In this document: positions 1-12,000 of the stretch, one piece after another | How the letters are laid out: every line of letters starts with the position of its first letter | Position numbering within the stretch: position 1 is the first letter of the stretch | Source of the DNA: Callorhinchus milii | Taxonomy: Eukaryota | Reading direction: 5' to 3' | Assembly (NCBI RefSeq): GCF_018977255.1 | Contig: NW_024704742.1 | Coordinates: forward strand, 91,390,001-91,454,000 | DNA: 64,000 nt | Notes under the pieces: model-generated | The model's input: only the letters and a program-made list of their open reading frames with translations | Told to the model about the DNA's origin: nothing | Databases searched by the model: none | Program-made: the position numbers and the translations under genes

Positions 1-2026
1 GTCTGCTGCTTTTTCTGGTGTTTGGTGAGCTGAGCCTGCTGTGGATCTGGCTTCAACATCTTTTGTTGGCTTTTGAGTGAATTCCTGCTGTAGCGTAGAC
101 TAAATTGATTAAGCCTTTGGTTTTACTGGGAAAAATAACATGCAACAGGAAATGAAACTTCCCTTCATGAGAATGTGTGTTTTAAAGTAAAATTTATTTG
201 GATTTATTTGAAATAATTTGGAAGATTAGACTACAAGGTTCATTAATTGTCTCAGATGGAGAGTGTGTTTCTGTGTTCCCCTTTGTAATGAGATGGTATA
301 TAAGTGCAAGTTGTTGGTGTTGATGAGATGCTCCATTTACATTGGTTACTTCATTGAAAGAGATTGAAAAATCCTTTCTTTCAGTTGTAAAGCTCAACAG
401 CCTAAGTCTTGCAATGCCTGATGCGATTAGGTGGTGCAGCACTTCATGGGAAAGGAGAGCTCTTGATATCCATCACAATTGAGAGCCTATGGCACAATAG
501 TAAGAACCATGACTTGAATTGTGGTAGTGGCCCAGAGAGATATTTTGTACTTGTATGCAAATGCGACGGCCAATTTGTGCATAGGAAGATCTCACAAACA
601 GCCTGTGATTAGAACGACTGATATGTCTGGAGGATTATTGGCCAGGATACAGATTTACTATAATAAGCTTAGCAGAGATTGCTTAAGGTTGCTTTTCAGC
701 TCAAGAACTGTTAGGTTATTGGCCTTCAGTGGAACAAACATCCTTTACATTTGTGGCTGAGCAGAGGATTGTAGTCATTCTCTGCTTGCACCGGCTGTTG
801 GGTTCCATTGTGCACTCAGGAGTAAACACCTTTATATTGTACTCGGTGTGTCAACAGGGAAATAAAGGTGTATTTCCTATTGCATGCATATAAACTATTG
901 GTTGTTAAGTTACATAATTAACAAATCCTTGCATTGGTTATTAATCGCGTAATTAAGGGCATGTGTAATTCCCTCTTTACACGTGTGCATTTACATGACT
1001 TTTACACATTATGCATAATAGACTGCATTGTTTTTTTGGTTGAAATGTTATCTCTGAGCAACATTCTAGGATTGGAATAAACAGCTTACATTTATAAGGC
1101 ACATTTCACATCAAGAAACACCATGGGGCACTTTTAAATCTTTAAACCCCAGAGGGTTTAATATAGAAGTGAATACAATTAATAAAGTAAGCTTCAGCTC
1201 TTCTGTTATTGTGGTCCAGTTGCCAAAAGTTTCTTGGCTCACGTTTTAAACGCAATGCAGCATTTTGGCTCTTAACTGTCTCTTTAAATTGAAGGAGCCT
1301 GAGTCTGTCTTTATTTCCAAGTAATTCCCAGCCAAGCTGGATAGAAGCAACCTGTTTTAACCCAGTGAAGTGATTAACTTTGGTGATTTGACAAAAAAAC
1401 ATTGTAAAATCCACCACAAGGTCACCCCAGGGGGGAAAGAGATGACTCCTGGCTTTTTATAGTCATCCTTGCAATTAATATAGTGCCTTTCGCGTCAGGA
1501 GGACGTCTTAAAGTGCTTCACAGGATTCACCATGAAGCGTTCTGTGTATTTTTGGAGGCAAATGTTTAAGTGTTATTTTTAGGGGCTTAATTGCTATTTT
1601 CTAACCAGTAGTCCAGCTGGGATTAGATTTGTCCCAAATGTTTAACTTTGGGAAAGAAACAAGACTTTGACCCAGACAGAAGATTTGGGGACAGAATAGT
1701 TGAGTGCGATCAAATAAAAAAATGGTTATCTGTAGATCATCATGAGCGGTTAAAATATTTTGTTTTGGGTAATGCCATTATTCCAAGTGTTTGGCTAAGA
1801 ATAAGCAACTTAGAATAGGAACTGAGCTTTTGGCTTTCCAGTTTAAAGATCTGAAACTCTAAAGTGCCGCTATTCATCAGTATGGAATGCACCAAAACAA
1901 CTGCAGTAATGGAGTAATTTATGTATGCCGTGCAGCTGACTCAGTGAAGGATCAACTGACTTAATGTGATTTTGCAAGTAAAAGATGACTGGGGCAAAAA
2001 AAATGTGTCGCAGATTTGCATGAGTG

Positions 2027-2346
2027 ATAATAATAATAATCCTTGCATTTGATGTAGCGCTTTTCACGTCGGGAGGACGTCCCAAAGAGCTTCACAGAAC
2101 ACACTGTAAAGTGAATTGACTGTATATTTGTGGGCGAACACGGCAGCCAATTGCGCACAGCAATATCCCACAAACAGTCATGGATTGAAAATGACCAATT
2201 TATTATTGTTTTTTTTTTGAGGGATTATTATTAGGCTCTGTGTGGAGTAAGGAAACTTGCCCAAGGTTTCGCCCTCTGCCTGGACTTGAACTCGGGTCTC
2301 TCGCTTGCAAAGCGAGTGCTCTAACCACTGAGCTACAGGACTCCAC
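2027..2346 (-). mobile_element. Young tRNA-derived SINE, short form, full length
   Basis: Reverse complement reads gtggagtcctgtagctcagtggttagagcactcgctttgcaagcgagag (A box, Ala-TGC-like anticodon arm), then a B box, and ends gggacgtcctcccgacgtgaaaagcgct...gcaagg(att)n. Nearly identical to copies at 3563 and 60379. Confidence 0.93.
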
Positions 2347-3562
2347 AGAGTATTCCTGTGGTTGAGAATGTGGGTGGTTTCCAAAGCTTGCCACATCCTT
2401 TATATATGTTACATTGTGCATTGATCTCCTGGCTGTATGTGGGTCAATGCTGGGCACAGTTTGGGCTTCCCATATTCACTACACTTAACAATAATTACTG
2501 TACTATAAAATGCTTTAAGACATTTCAATGTAATAAGGCACTTGATCAAGTGCAAGGGTTATTCTTATTATTTATAATATTTATTGCCCCTAAAGCCTGA
2601 TCAGATTCTTCCTGGGTGTGTAGATTTTCTCATAAGATTGGGACCCAGGAATGGCAAGTTTTAAAATGGAATATTTCTGTACATTTTGTACATCTTCCCA
2701 TGTAACATTGGAAATCGTTCTAATGGGAAATGTAGACTGGTGTCCCTTTAAAGTTTGTGTATTTGAAAAAGTATAGAAAAAAGTTTTACAGAAAACCCTT
2801 TTGTGGATTTTGCTTACAAATACATAGTCATTACACTTAACAGTAAAAACATTTGAAGCTTGATGATGTTATGACACTGTATCAAATCCAAGGATCATTG
2901 TTGTCGCACTGACTTGGATTGCTGTTCCTCTGCTAATATTTCCAGCCTTTCAGATGTCACTGTAGATTTCAATACAGTCTATGGTAATTGTAGTTTGTAT
3001 TTGTGGGTTTTTGTGTTCGTTCCCTCCTTTTCTTGGCATTTGGTAGTGGTTCTGCTTCGCTAACAATCACCTTCTCTTCCAAAATGTCCAGCACCCTCCA
3101 CTCCCTTTGTATTTTCCACAGTGACTTAACACATTTTCCACCAGATTTTCTAGGTATTGTAAATGGGAGAAGGACCCATACCTTTAGATCAAATGGGTCG
3201 GAAGGCCCTCTTCATCCAAACCCTCTCATATGGACCCTCATTAATGAATGAAAGAGTATTTTTAGAGCAGTTAGGGGTCTGCTTTCCAGCTGTGCCAATT
3301 GGTGCCATTATGTGTTCGTCTGTCTTCATTTATCAGAGTAAATGCATTCTCTGTCAATGCAGTTCTTTTGGGTTGTAATGTGGAAGATCCGTAGGACAAC
3401 ATGGATAATTTCTCCCAGGTAAAAGCTGAGTTAAACTCTTCAAGTGTTGAATATAAAAGCTTTATTGGAGAACAATAGTCAAACTCTTTGTCGCATTTCA
3501 TGGTGGAAAATCCAGAGCATTGGAGTAGTTTAGAATCGGTAGCTCCAGGGTCCCCAAGCCTT

Positions 3563-3880
3563 ATAATAATAATCCTTGCATTTGATATAGCGCTTTTCAC
3601 GTCGGGAGGACGTCCCAAAACACTTCACAGAACACACTGTAAAGTGAATTGACTGTATATTTGTGGGCGAACGCGGCAGCCAATTGCGCACAGCAATGTC
3701 CCACAAACAGTCGTAGATTGAAAATAACCAATTTATTATTGTTTTTGGTTTTGGAGGGATTATTATTAGGGCTGTGTGTGGAGTAAGGAAACTTGCCCAA
3801 GGTTTCGCCCTGCCTGGAATTGAACTCAGGTCTCTCACTTGCAAAGCGAGTGCTCTAACCACTGAGCTACAGGACTCCAC
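3563..3880 (-). mobile_element. Young tRNA-derived SINE, short form, full length
   Basis: Same head, body and (att)n tail as 2027-2346. aagcctt occurs on both flanks and may be a TSD, with 6 extra nt on the head side. Confidence 0.93.
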
Positions 3881-4599
3881 TCTGCAAAGCCTTGGCTTTT
3901 GACAACCTGCGTATTATAAATGCAAGTTGTTGTTGTTGCTATTGTTTTCATTCCGCTTCAATGGACGCAGTGGGTCAGTCGATGGAGTATCGGAATTTTT
4001 CAGAAAAATTTGCTAGATCTGCTGGTGACCCACTCATTCAGAGGATTCTGATGGCAGTTCATTGGGATGCGGTTTAGATGACTCCCAACTGATAAAGTGT
4101 TGGAATGTTGCTTGAGTCACTGTCTTCAAAAGTTGACTGACCTAATATTATCTGTTTGTGAATGCGATGGGTAGTGTGACCTGCAAGGTTGAACTTGAGT
4201 TGATCTTGAATTGAATTTGAAGTTTTTTTTAAAAAAACATAGAAGTTTAAAAAAAGAAACGCTAAAAAGTTCCAAGTGAAGGTTGGCATGATGTACACAA
4301 AGAATATTATTCCCAGTGGACAGACAGCATGATGCATTTCATCAGCACATTCTGTTCCCAGCTGTCAAGAACTGGATCAAGATTGCAGTTATAATGACTG
4401 GACAATTTCATTAGTTGAAGGAGTATCGTCACCCTTGAATGGTACTCTGGAAAACTTTCTCCATCACCTACCCTTTCTCCTCAACTCGGCATTCAACCTA
4501 AGCTGTTGTTAAGCTCTATGAGATGCTTACCTCAGATGAAGGGTGCTATCTGAATGCAAGTTGTTCTTGTCGTTGAGCTGCAGTTTTTATAAATGTAGT

Positions 4600-4922
4600 A
4601 ATAAGCCTTGCATTTGATATAGTGCCTTATCACAATAAGATGTCTCAAAAGCTCTTAACAGAATATATTGAAAAGTGGAATGACTGTGTATTTTGTGGGC
4701 GAAACGCAGTAGCTAATTACGCACAGCAGTGTCCCTCAAGCAATCGTGGATTGAATGACTGCATTGTTTTTGGAGGGATTATTACCCCCAGAAAGTGATC
4801 GGCCAATCGACTAACAACTGTGTTCCTACTTACTGTTAGGTAAACAGAGGTGTGTGGAGTAAGGAAACTTGCCTAAGGTTTTTCCCTACCTGGGAATCGA
4901 ACCTGAGTACTCTCACTTGCAG
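4600..4922 (-). mobile_element. tRNA-derived SINE, long form (CORE-like segment retained), 5' truncated
   Basis: Contains the reverse complement of ccttaggcaagtttccttactccacacacctctgtttacctaacagtaagtaggaac and the shared 3' body and tail. Confidence 0.85.
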
Positions 4923-5637
4923 ATGGATCAGATAGTTCCAGATTCCTTCCCTCTTTAAATTGGGGCTGAACGTTGTCCATGTACATTGTGTTATGCATGG
5001 AGCCCAGCCTATAACATGCAATGCTTTTTCATACAACTGTGAATTTGCTCTTTCGTCCTTGTGAGCCTACAGTGAAATTGTGACTCGATGACAGCTGGCT
5101 TGCCCAATAAAGAGAGTCCCATGTGGGATATACATTCCGGCGACTTGGTTTCAAAATACTTTGGTGACTTATCCTGTCATCAAGCTGCTTATATTTCGCA
5201 ACTAATTGCTGTGACTAATGTCCAAACTTCCGGGACTGTTTCTTTTACAATAATGAAGCCTGGACAATTTACGGAATCAGATTTGCATTGCAAATGCAGA
5301 GGCTGAATGGAGAACGTGAGAGAAATACATTGTACAAATTATGCCCTTCCAGAGATGCATGCTGTGTGTGCATGGTTGACATTGTTTGGTGACAGGGTTG
5401 TATCTGTGATTGAACTATACAGTAGAATCAATAGCAGAGGGTTGCTATTGCTATCGGTAAGAGGGGAGGCTGAAAAAACAATTCCTGTCTAAAGTCCCAA
5501 CCCCTTTTGAACTGAGCATGAAAAGGGATTGGGATTATGTCTCAATGCCCATTAAAAGCAGCGTGTTTCACTTGGCTGTTGCCATGGAATCCCAACCTCA
5601 TTTGAGGCTTTCTACATCTGTTTATCCTGTGCCTCAA

Positions 5638-5642
<5 letters not shown>

Positions 5643-5674
<32 letters not shown>
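5643..5674 (+). repeat. (CT)n microsatellite
   Basis: About 16 perfect CT units, followed by a degenerate CT-rich stretch. Confidence 0.95.
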
Positions 5675-5677
<3 letters not shown>

Positions 5678-6369
5678 CTTCTCTAACTTTCTCTCTGAGA
5701 CTTTCTCTAAGGCAGTTCCTATCACTTGCAGGGTAGCTCGGAGAGAAGCAGAAGGGTGTTGTCCTGTGAATGAGTGTGCTCATTTGTCACTGTTAACAGC
5801 TGGGAGCCTAGAAGTGTGTGCACTGGCAGAAGCTCCCTATTTGGAGAATTCAGCTGTTGTCTGACTGGTGTAAATTCGTAATTTGTGTACGTTGGCAAAT
5901 GGGAGCTGACTCAACTGTGTGTGCTGTTCTGGGGGGGTAATTTAGCTTCAATTAGCTGCTATAAACAATGTAGTTGAAGGCTTCCTGGTGTCTGGGATCA
6001 AACAACTGGAAAAGGCTTGGGAACTGCCTACATCCTCTCGCCTACTGAATGTGGCACAGAGCAGGAAAAGGCACAGAGAGGGGAGATGGGAGAGGCTGGT
6101 CCTTGATTCTGTGTGATACGGACCTGAGCTGTACAAACCAGTGAGGTCACACCGCTTCACTTAACTTCCTCTCTCCAGCCTTCAAAATCCTTCTAGAAAT
6201 ATATTTAATTTACTCTCTTTAGGTTGGCATTGTTAATTGGTGCTCAGGGCTACCCATTGTAACTGTTATCTGCTATTCGAGGTTTTCATTGTTCATGAAA
6301 GATGGCACTATAGCTACGGCTGCAGACTCCACAACTTTTAACACATGCTGCAACTTTTACTTCACAATC

Positions 6370-6705
6370 TAGACTGCCAGTCCAGTGTTGTGGAGGTGCT
6401 GGTTTGTCACTCATGCTGTCCTTCGGATAAGACATTAAACTGAGGTCACAGGTGCCTGTTCAGCCAAAATCTCACGGCACTATTAGGAAAGAGAAGAGAG
6501 TTTCTTCTGTGGTCCTGGCAAACAATTCCACAGGGAGAGTGTTTCCTGGATGTTTATGGATCATTGCAGTATGCAAATTGGCTGTGACATTTGCCTACCA
6601 AATGCACAGTCGCTACACATTACAGAATGCTGTGAAGCCCTGCTGCTTTGAGAGGTTTAAATGTGATAAGGCACTGTGTCAAATGTAAGAATTATTATAT
6701 TATTA
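6370..6705 (+). mobile_element. Degraded Deu-domain SINE
   Basis: gtccttcggataagacattaaactgagg...ggcactatt...ggtcctggcaaacaattcc...aaattggctg... with an L2-like tail; colinear with 18653-19100. Confidence 0.7.
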
Positions 6706-7699
6706 CGGTAGAATAGGTTGCCAACACTTGCTATATAGGCTCACTAATGAAGAACAGCCAGTTGGGCCCAGAACCAGAGGATTTACGGCAGGACACCAGG
6801 AGAAACTCCCCTCTCCGTTTTGAATAGTGAGAGTTAGTGCCCTTTAGGAGAGAATAACTTTGGGGAAGAAATTGAAAGTTGTGCCTATAAATAAATTGAG
6901 TTCTCTCCCATCACTTCAGGCTATAATGGTCATTGTACAATGTGACTGTCTCGTCATGGATACATGACAAAAACTCTCATGATGCAAAACTAATCCTGAG
7001 CTACAATTCATCAAGTGAGCCAGTGATCCATTCATAGTCACAAGTGGGTTTATTGCATATCAGAAAGCCCCTGGAGCGTGATGTTAAGTTCAATGGACTG
7101 TCTGTGCTGTACAGATGCACCAATATCACACGCTGCACAGTGAGCGCCATTTCTTACATTCCTGATGTGGAAGGCACTATACCAAATATAAGGATGATTA
7201 TTATTAAAATCCTGTGAAGCATTTTGAGAAGTCCTCCCGATATGTAAGGTCCTAAATTAAATGCAAATATTGTTATTCATTATCATTTTTGAGGTGTATT
7301 GCAGTATAGTACGGCTACCATCTTATGTTAAAATAAATAGCTGGTAGAGAAATACAATACTTGTTGCTTTGGGCAGGCGGTGTGAGTAAGTGCAGAGCTA
7401 TATAGCCCCAAAATTCCACCTTTTTTAATAAATAAAAGAACCTTTACATTTGCTACAGTGTTTTTTTTTATCCCAGAGGAATAACTCAAAGCATTTCACT
7501 GGATATACAACAAATTCTAAAGACTGTAATCTGTAGACAAACACAGTAGCCAATTTTAGGCCCATAATCTCTTGTTGAACTCTTGAGTAGAGGATTGGAA
7601 TTTGGATCCAAAGAGAGACAGAGAGTATTTTTATAGCTCCTTCCCTGGTTGAAATGGCTCAAATTATTTCACTGGTGATTATTCTCAAGTGCAATGACT

Positions 7700-7960
7700 G
7701 CTCTTGCAGATGAAGCCGGCAGCCATTTTGTGCACAGAAATGTCTCACAAACAGCCATGAAGTGAATGACCAATTAACTTGGGGGATTGTTGGCCAGGAC
7801 ACTGGGAGAAACTTCCTTCTCTTTCTGGATAGTGTTGTGGGATCTTAAATGTCCACCTGAACGAGAGGACAAGGCATTAGTTTAATGTCTCATCTGATTA
7901 AGAAAGTATTTCGATATTACAGTGATATTCTGGGGGAGCCCAGCACTGCACTGAAGTATC
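7700..7960 (-). mobile_element. Deu-domain SINE fragment
   Basis: Reverse complement of the Deu body: cagccatgaagtgaatgacc...ttggccaggacac...gggatcttaaatgtccacctgaac...tttaatgtctcatctga. Confidence 0.75.
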
Positions 7961-8757
7961 AACTGAGAATCATTAGAGTATCTATGACATCAACTGATGT
8001 TGTCTAAAAGTGAGGCTGGGAACACTATTTGTATTGAGATGTGACCAAAGATCAGAATTGATCTTTTGAAGTTGGAAGATATAATACTCTACTCAACTGA
8101 CCACGGGTAACTGTGCCACTGCAAGCCTTAATGTGGGGTGGACTTAAAAAAACCCCACTGCGTATCACAATGAAGCTCAAATGAGTTGAAATGTTCAAAA
8201 TAGTTGCGTGATGTGTCATTGACTTAAAGATATGTGGGAGTTTCCTTTTCCTGTACTCAGACACTCTGTGGTTGAGTGCCCATGAGAGTTGTGGCATCTG
8301 TGACAGTACGGCACAAAGTTGACTTCCCCATTCCTCTAAAATTCCATTTGAAACCTCAGCACCTTCGCTTCTGTTTTTTTTTATCTGCTCAGTTTGTTTC
8401 CTCCCCATCCATTCCCTAGTCTGATCTCCATTGTCTCTGCCTCAAAGAAACCATTAGAGTCTAAAGCACGTTGCCCCATTGCATTGCCCTTCCTCGTGCA
8501 GCATTACGCTGTGCTTTTGCATTCCCCGTCCTTAATGCTCTACTACACTGCAACATTGCATTGCGTGCCTCTCATGCACTACATGTTCCAGGTTGGCTCA
8601 TTTGGTAGCACTCTCACCACCGGCTCAGAAGGTTGTGAATTCAAGCCTCAACCTGGCACTATTCAAAAAGAGAAGGAGGTTTTGTCCTGGTATCCAACAA
8701 TCGCCCAGACAAAACGGACATTAATTTCATGGTTGTTTGTCGGACGCTGCCACATGC

Positions 8758-9060
8758 AGTGGAGTCCTATAGCTTAATCTTTCGAGTACTTGCCTAGCAA
8801 GCGAGAGGACCTGAGTTTGATTCCTGGGCAGGGCGAAACATTGGGCAAGTTTCCTCACTCCACACGCCTCTGTTTACCTACTTTTCTGGGAGTAATAATC
8901 CCTCCCCCAAAAAATATATTAGTCACTCAATCCATAACTGTTTGTGGGACACTGTATGTGCAATTGACTGCCATATTTCACCCACAAAATATACAGCCAC
9001 TTCACAGTATATTCTGTGAAGCGCTTTGAGACATCTCAAAGATATGACAAGGATTATTGT
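8758..9060 (+). mobile_element. tRNA-derived SINE, long form with a partial internal deletion, adjoining a DeuSINE fragment (about 8590-8750)
   Basis: gtggagtcctatagct...ttgggcaagtttcctcactccacacgcctctgtttaccta then directly cttttctgggagtaataatccc. Confidence 0.8.
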
Positions 9061-12000
9061 AATAAATTCAGAATTGGAGCTCCTTTATGAACAGCTTCAA
9101 TTCATCCACTTTGTAAGGTGGGGGAGAGGGCTGTCGCGCATTGTTCTGTTGTCACCCCAGGCTGTCTCCTTAGAGGCCATCTGTTCCTTAACACTTGTGT
9201 TAATGGGATCATTTGATTAGGGACTGATCCTAAGCAGCAGGCACTTGTTTTTGTTTTCCGCAGGTTGAAAATCCCTCCACAAATCCTATTGACGAATTTG
9301 CAGACTGGCCACAGCTTTGAAGAGAATGGAAGCTTCTGTGATTGCAAACACTTGCAGCAGAAATTGTACCATTCCCTTGTGTACAGTTAGTGCACATGCC
9401 TGTTTCATTGAGATGTTATGGTGCTTCTCTGCACTTGTAGTCAAACGTTCCTTAAGGTTTCACCAGTCTCCTGTGAGCCTTGAAGTGAAAGTGCTGCATA
9501 TGTCTCTGAGGCAGGGTTTAAACGAGTCATGAGGGGTGAGGAGCCTGCTGTCACACCAGCGCATGCTCAGCTCTCAGTTTACGACAAATCTTCAACCTCA
9601 TGGATCACATTTACCAGGCATTAAACTGGGGACTTCGAGAAGTAAAACATTTAAAAGTTCTTTAAACTTTTGGCACGATTCAAACTTAATAATTTTGTCT
9701 TTCAGTGTGTGACGGGTTAATGAAATGAGCAGAGCTGTTGAGAGCCTGATTTAATTAATCACAGGAAATGGTGAGTTCAGTAAACTTTCTGGATTTAGTC
9801 TGTTACCAAATGATTCGAGTAAATGAATTTCCATCTCGCAAGTTATCGCACGGGAATGAAACGAGTGGACTGGGATCATCACCGTCTCTGTGACAGTCCC
9901 AGATGTTTTACGAGGCCTTTGGTGATTGGAAGCTCATTACATCTTGGGTGAAGTAAATAGAGATTCTCCTAAAAACAACTTTGTCCTTTCCTCACCCAAC
10001 CACCTCCCCCACAATCTTTTAGATTTATTTGAAACTTCACATTTATTCTGTAACGGTACCCTTATGTCTTGATTTGTTCAAATGTGCTTTGTGACTAATA
10101 GATGTTCAGTGTAGGTACTTTTCCTGAGCCTCCCCCCAGCTCCCTCAACACTCCACCCCTCACTGGATAACCACGCTTTTAAATAGCTGTTCCTCACCTT
10201 TTTTTAAATGATATGAGGGGGTCTGCAAGAAGCTCTTTATGTGTACTGTAGTTAGTTGCTTGCAGCAGTTCAAGCATCTATTTGCATTTGTATAAACAGG
10301 ATAACAAAGACGTCTCAGTTACTGGTGCTGACTGGTATGATACTGAGCTATTATTTTCTTTCTCTCTCTGGTGTTTGCTTGGCACAGACATCATACTGGG
10401 ACTTGGAACAGATCCATCACCCTGTTGAAGTTCTTTCACTGGAAATGTAATTTCTAATTGCTGAATGGACTGTTTCTAATTTGATGGAACAGGTTAGTTC
10501 CTTATTAAGTTTTCTTCTTAGCCATCTCTCCCCCCCACTTCTCTTAGAAATGTTGTGGTTAAAAATTGTAGAAGGTGATGTGATAGTTATCACCAACAAT
10601 AAGTATATCATTATAAAATGCTTTCCAAAATTTTCATTAGTTAGCAAGTTTAGCAGGGAACAGTGCTCTCCATAAGTCCATTACTACTTCCTTGCATCTA
10701 CCTACAGTATTTTACTGCAACCATCACTTCATTGGAGGCTGGTTCCGGAGCAACACTGGCTGAGGCCTGGGAGCCACGTGGATATGAGTGGATCTGAGTG
10801 ACATAGGGAAGCCCAAGTAAGCGAAAGAGGACTAATAATACAATGAACAGGCAACATCCAAACAATGAGACACACACATACCCTCCATCTCCCTGCAATT
10901 GGTTGGTGTGCTAGTGGAGCCAGGCATGTATCAGCCAGAGTGCCCAATGAAATCCTGATAGTTCTTTTGTGTATGTGTGTGTATGTTGCAGGGTTTGGTG
11001 GGGGAGATAAGTTTCTTTCTTCAAAATTTAGGAAAAGAAGAAGCTTTTGTTTGTAAAATGATTTGATCCAGTTTCCTGGCGTCTCCTGAAAGGGGTGACT
11101 CAGGCTGCAGTAACTGTTGCACAGGCCCTGGCGTCTCGACGGTGACAGGATGTTAGACGTTGGGATGCATCATAGTCAAGCCTGGTCCTGCCCTCATCAG
11201 AACATCTGCTCGCTCTCTGAATCAGGACCAAACAGCATTTTAACATTCAATAACACGCTCACTGTCTGTAAATTATTTTGCTACGAGACTGAATGACTTC
11301 CAGAAATGAATAACTGCCGGTTAAATGTCTTGTGTTGGCAGTGCAAATATCCCATGGGGAAGGAGGTGGAATAGGAGAGAGTAATTGGGATTTCCTTGGG
11401 GCTGAGGAAGCATATTTGGCAAAGCCAATTAGCTCTGAGAGAATTCAGGCCAGACAAATGTTCCTGAATCCTGTGAGCCATAGATAGATGAGGTGGTTGG
11501 TTTTAGCTGGACAGGTAGCTTCTTGTTGGCTGTATTGTACACCAGTGCTTGGCGTGTGTGATAGTATTTACTTGTGTATTCATTTCAGTTACCATGCAGA
11601 CCTAACTCCATACACCGGTCAGAATTTTTAAATGGACTAGATCAACAGGGTTTCATTTGATTTTGTCTTCTTCATGTTCGTGACCAGAATTTTCTCTCTC
11701 TATCTCGCCTAATTTTCTCTTGTTTTCATGTAGCTGTTGACTTGCTGCTGTAGAGTTCCCTAGGTATAGGAAGAGGTGTCCTCTGGCATCTTGCCCAAAT
11801 AACCAACCATCATGTGTGAGCCTATTCTGTGAGCATTGACAGGCCATGGAGAGCAGATGCTGCCTTCATCTGACTCCTCTTCCACTGCATGGTAACCAGG
11901 ATGCTTTCCTGGCCCAAAAGAACTGAATCCAATTAATAATAACCGTTGGGTTTGATACAGCGCCTTTCACATCGGGAGAACATCTCAAAGCGCTTCACAG

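Noticed and set aside
1..30. Donor-like tttg|gtgagc at 25 as the end of MOB3B exon 1
   Set aside because: No upstream context in the window, and such hexamers are common.
3271..3618. 115-aa minus-strand ORF as a nested gene such as an interferon
   Set aside because: It begins inside a SINE tail and the rest has no recognisable motif or signal peptide.
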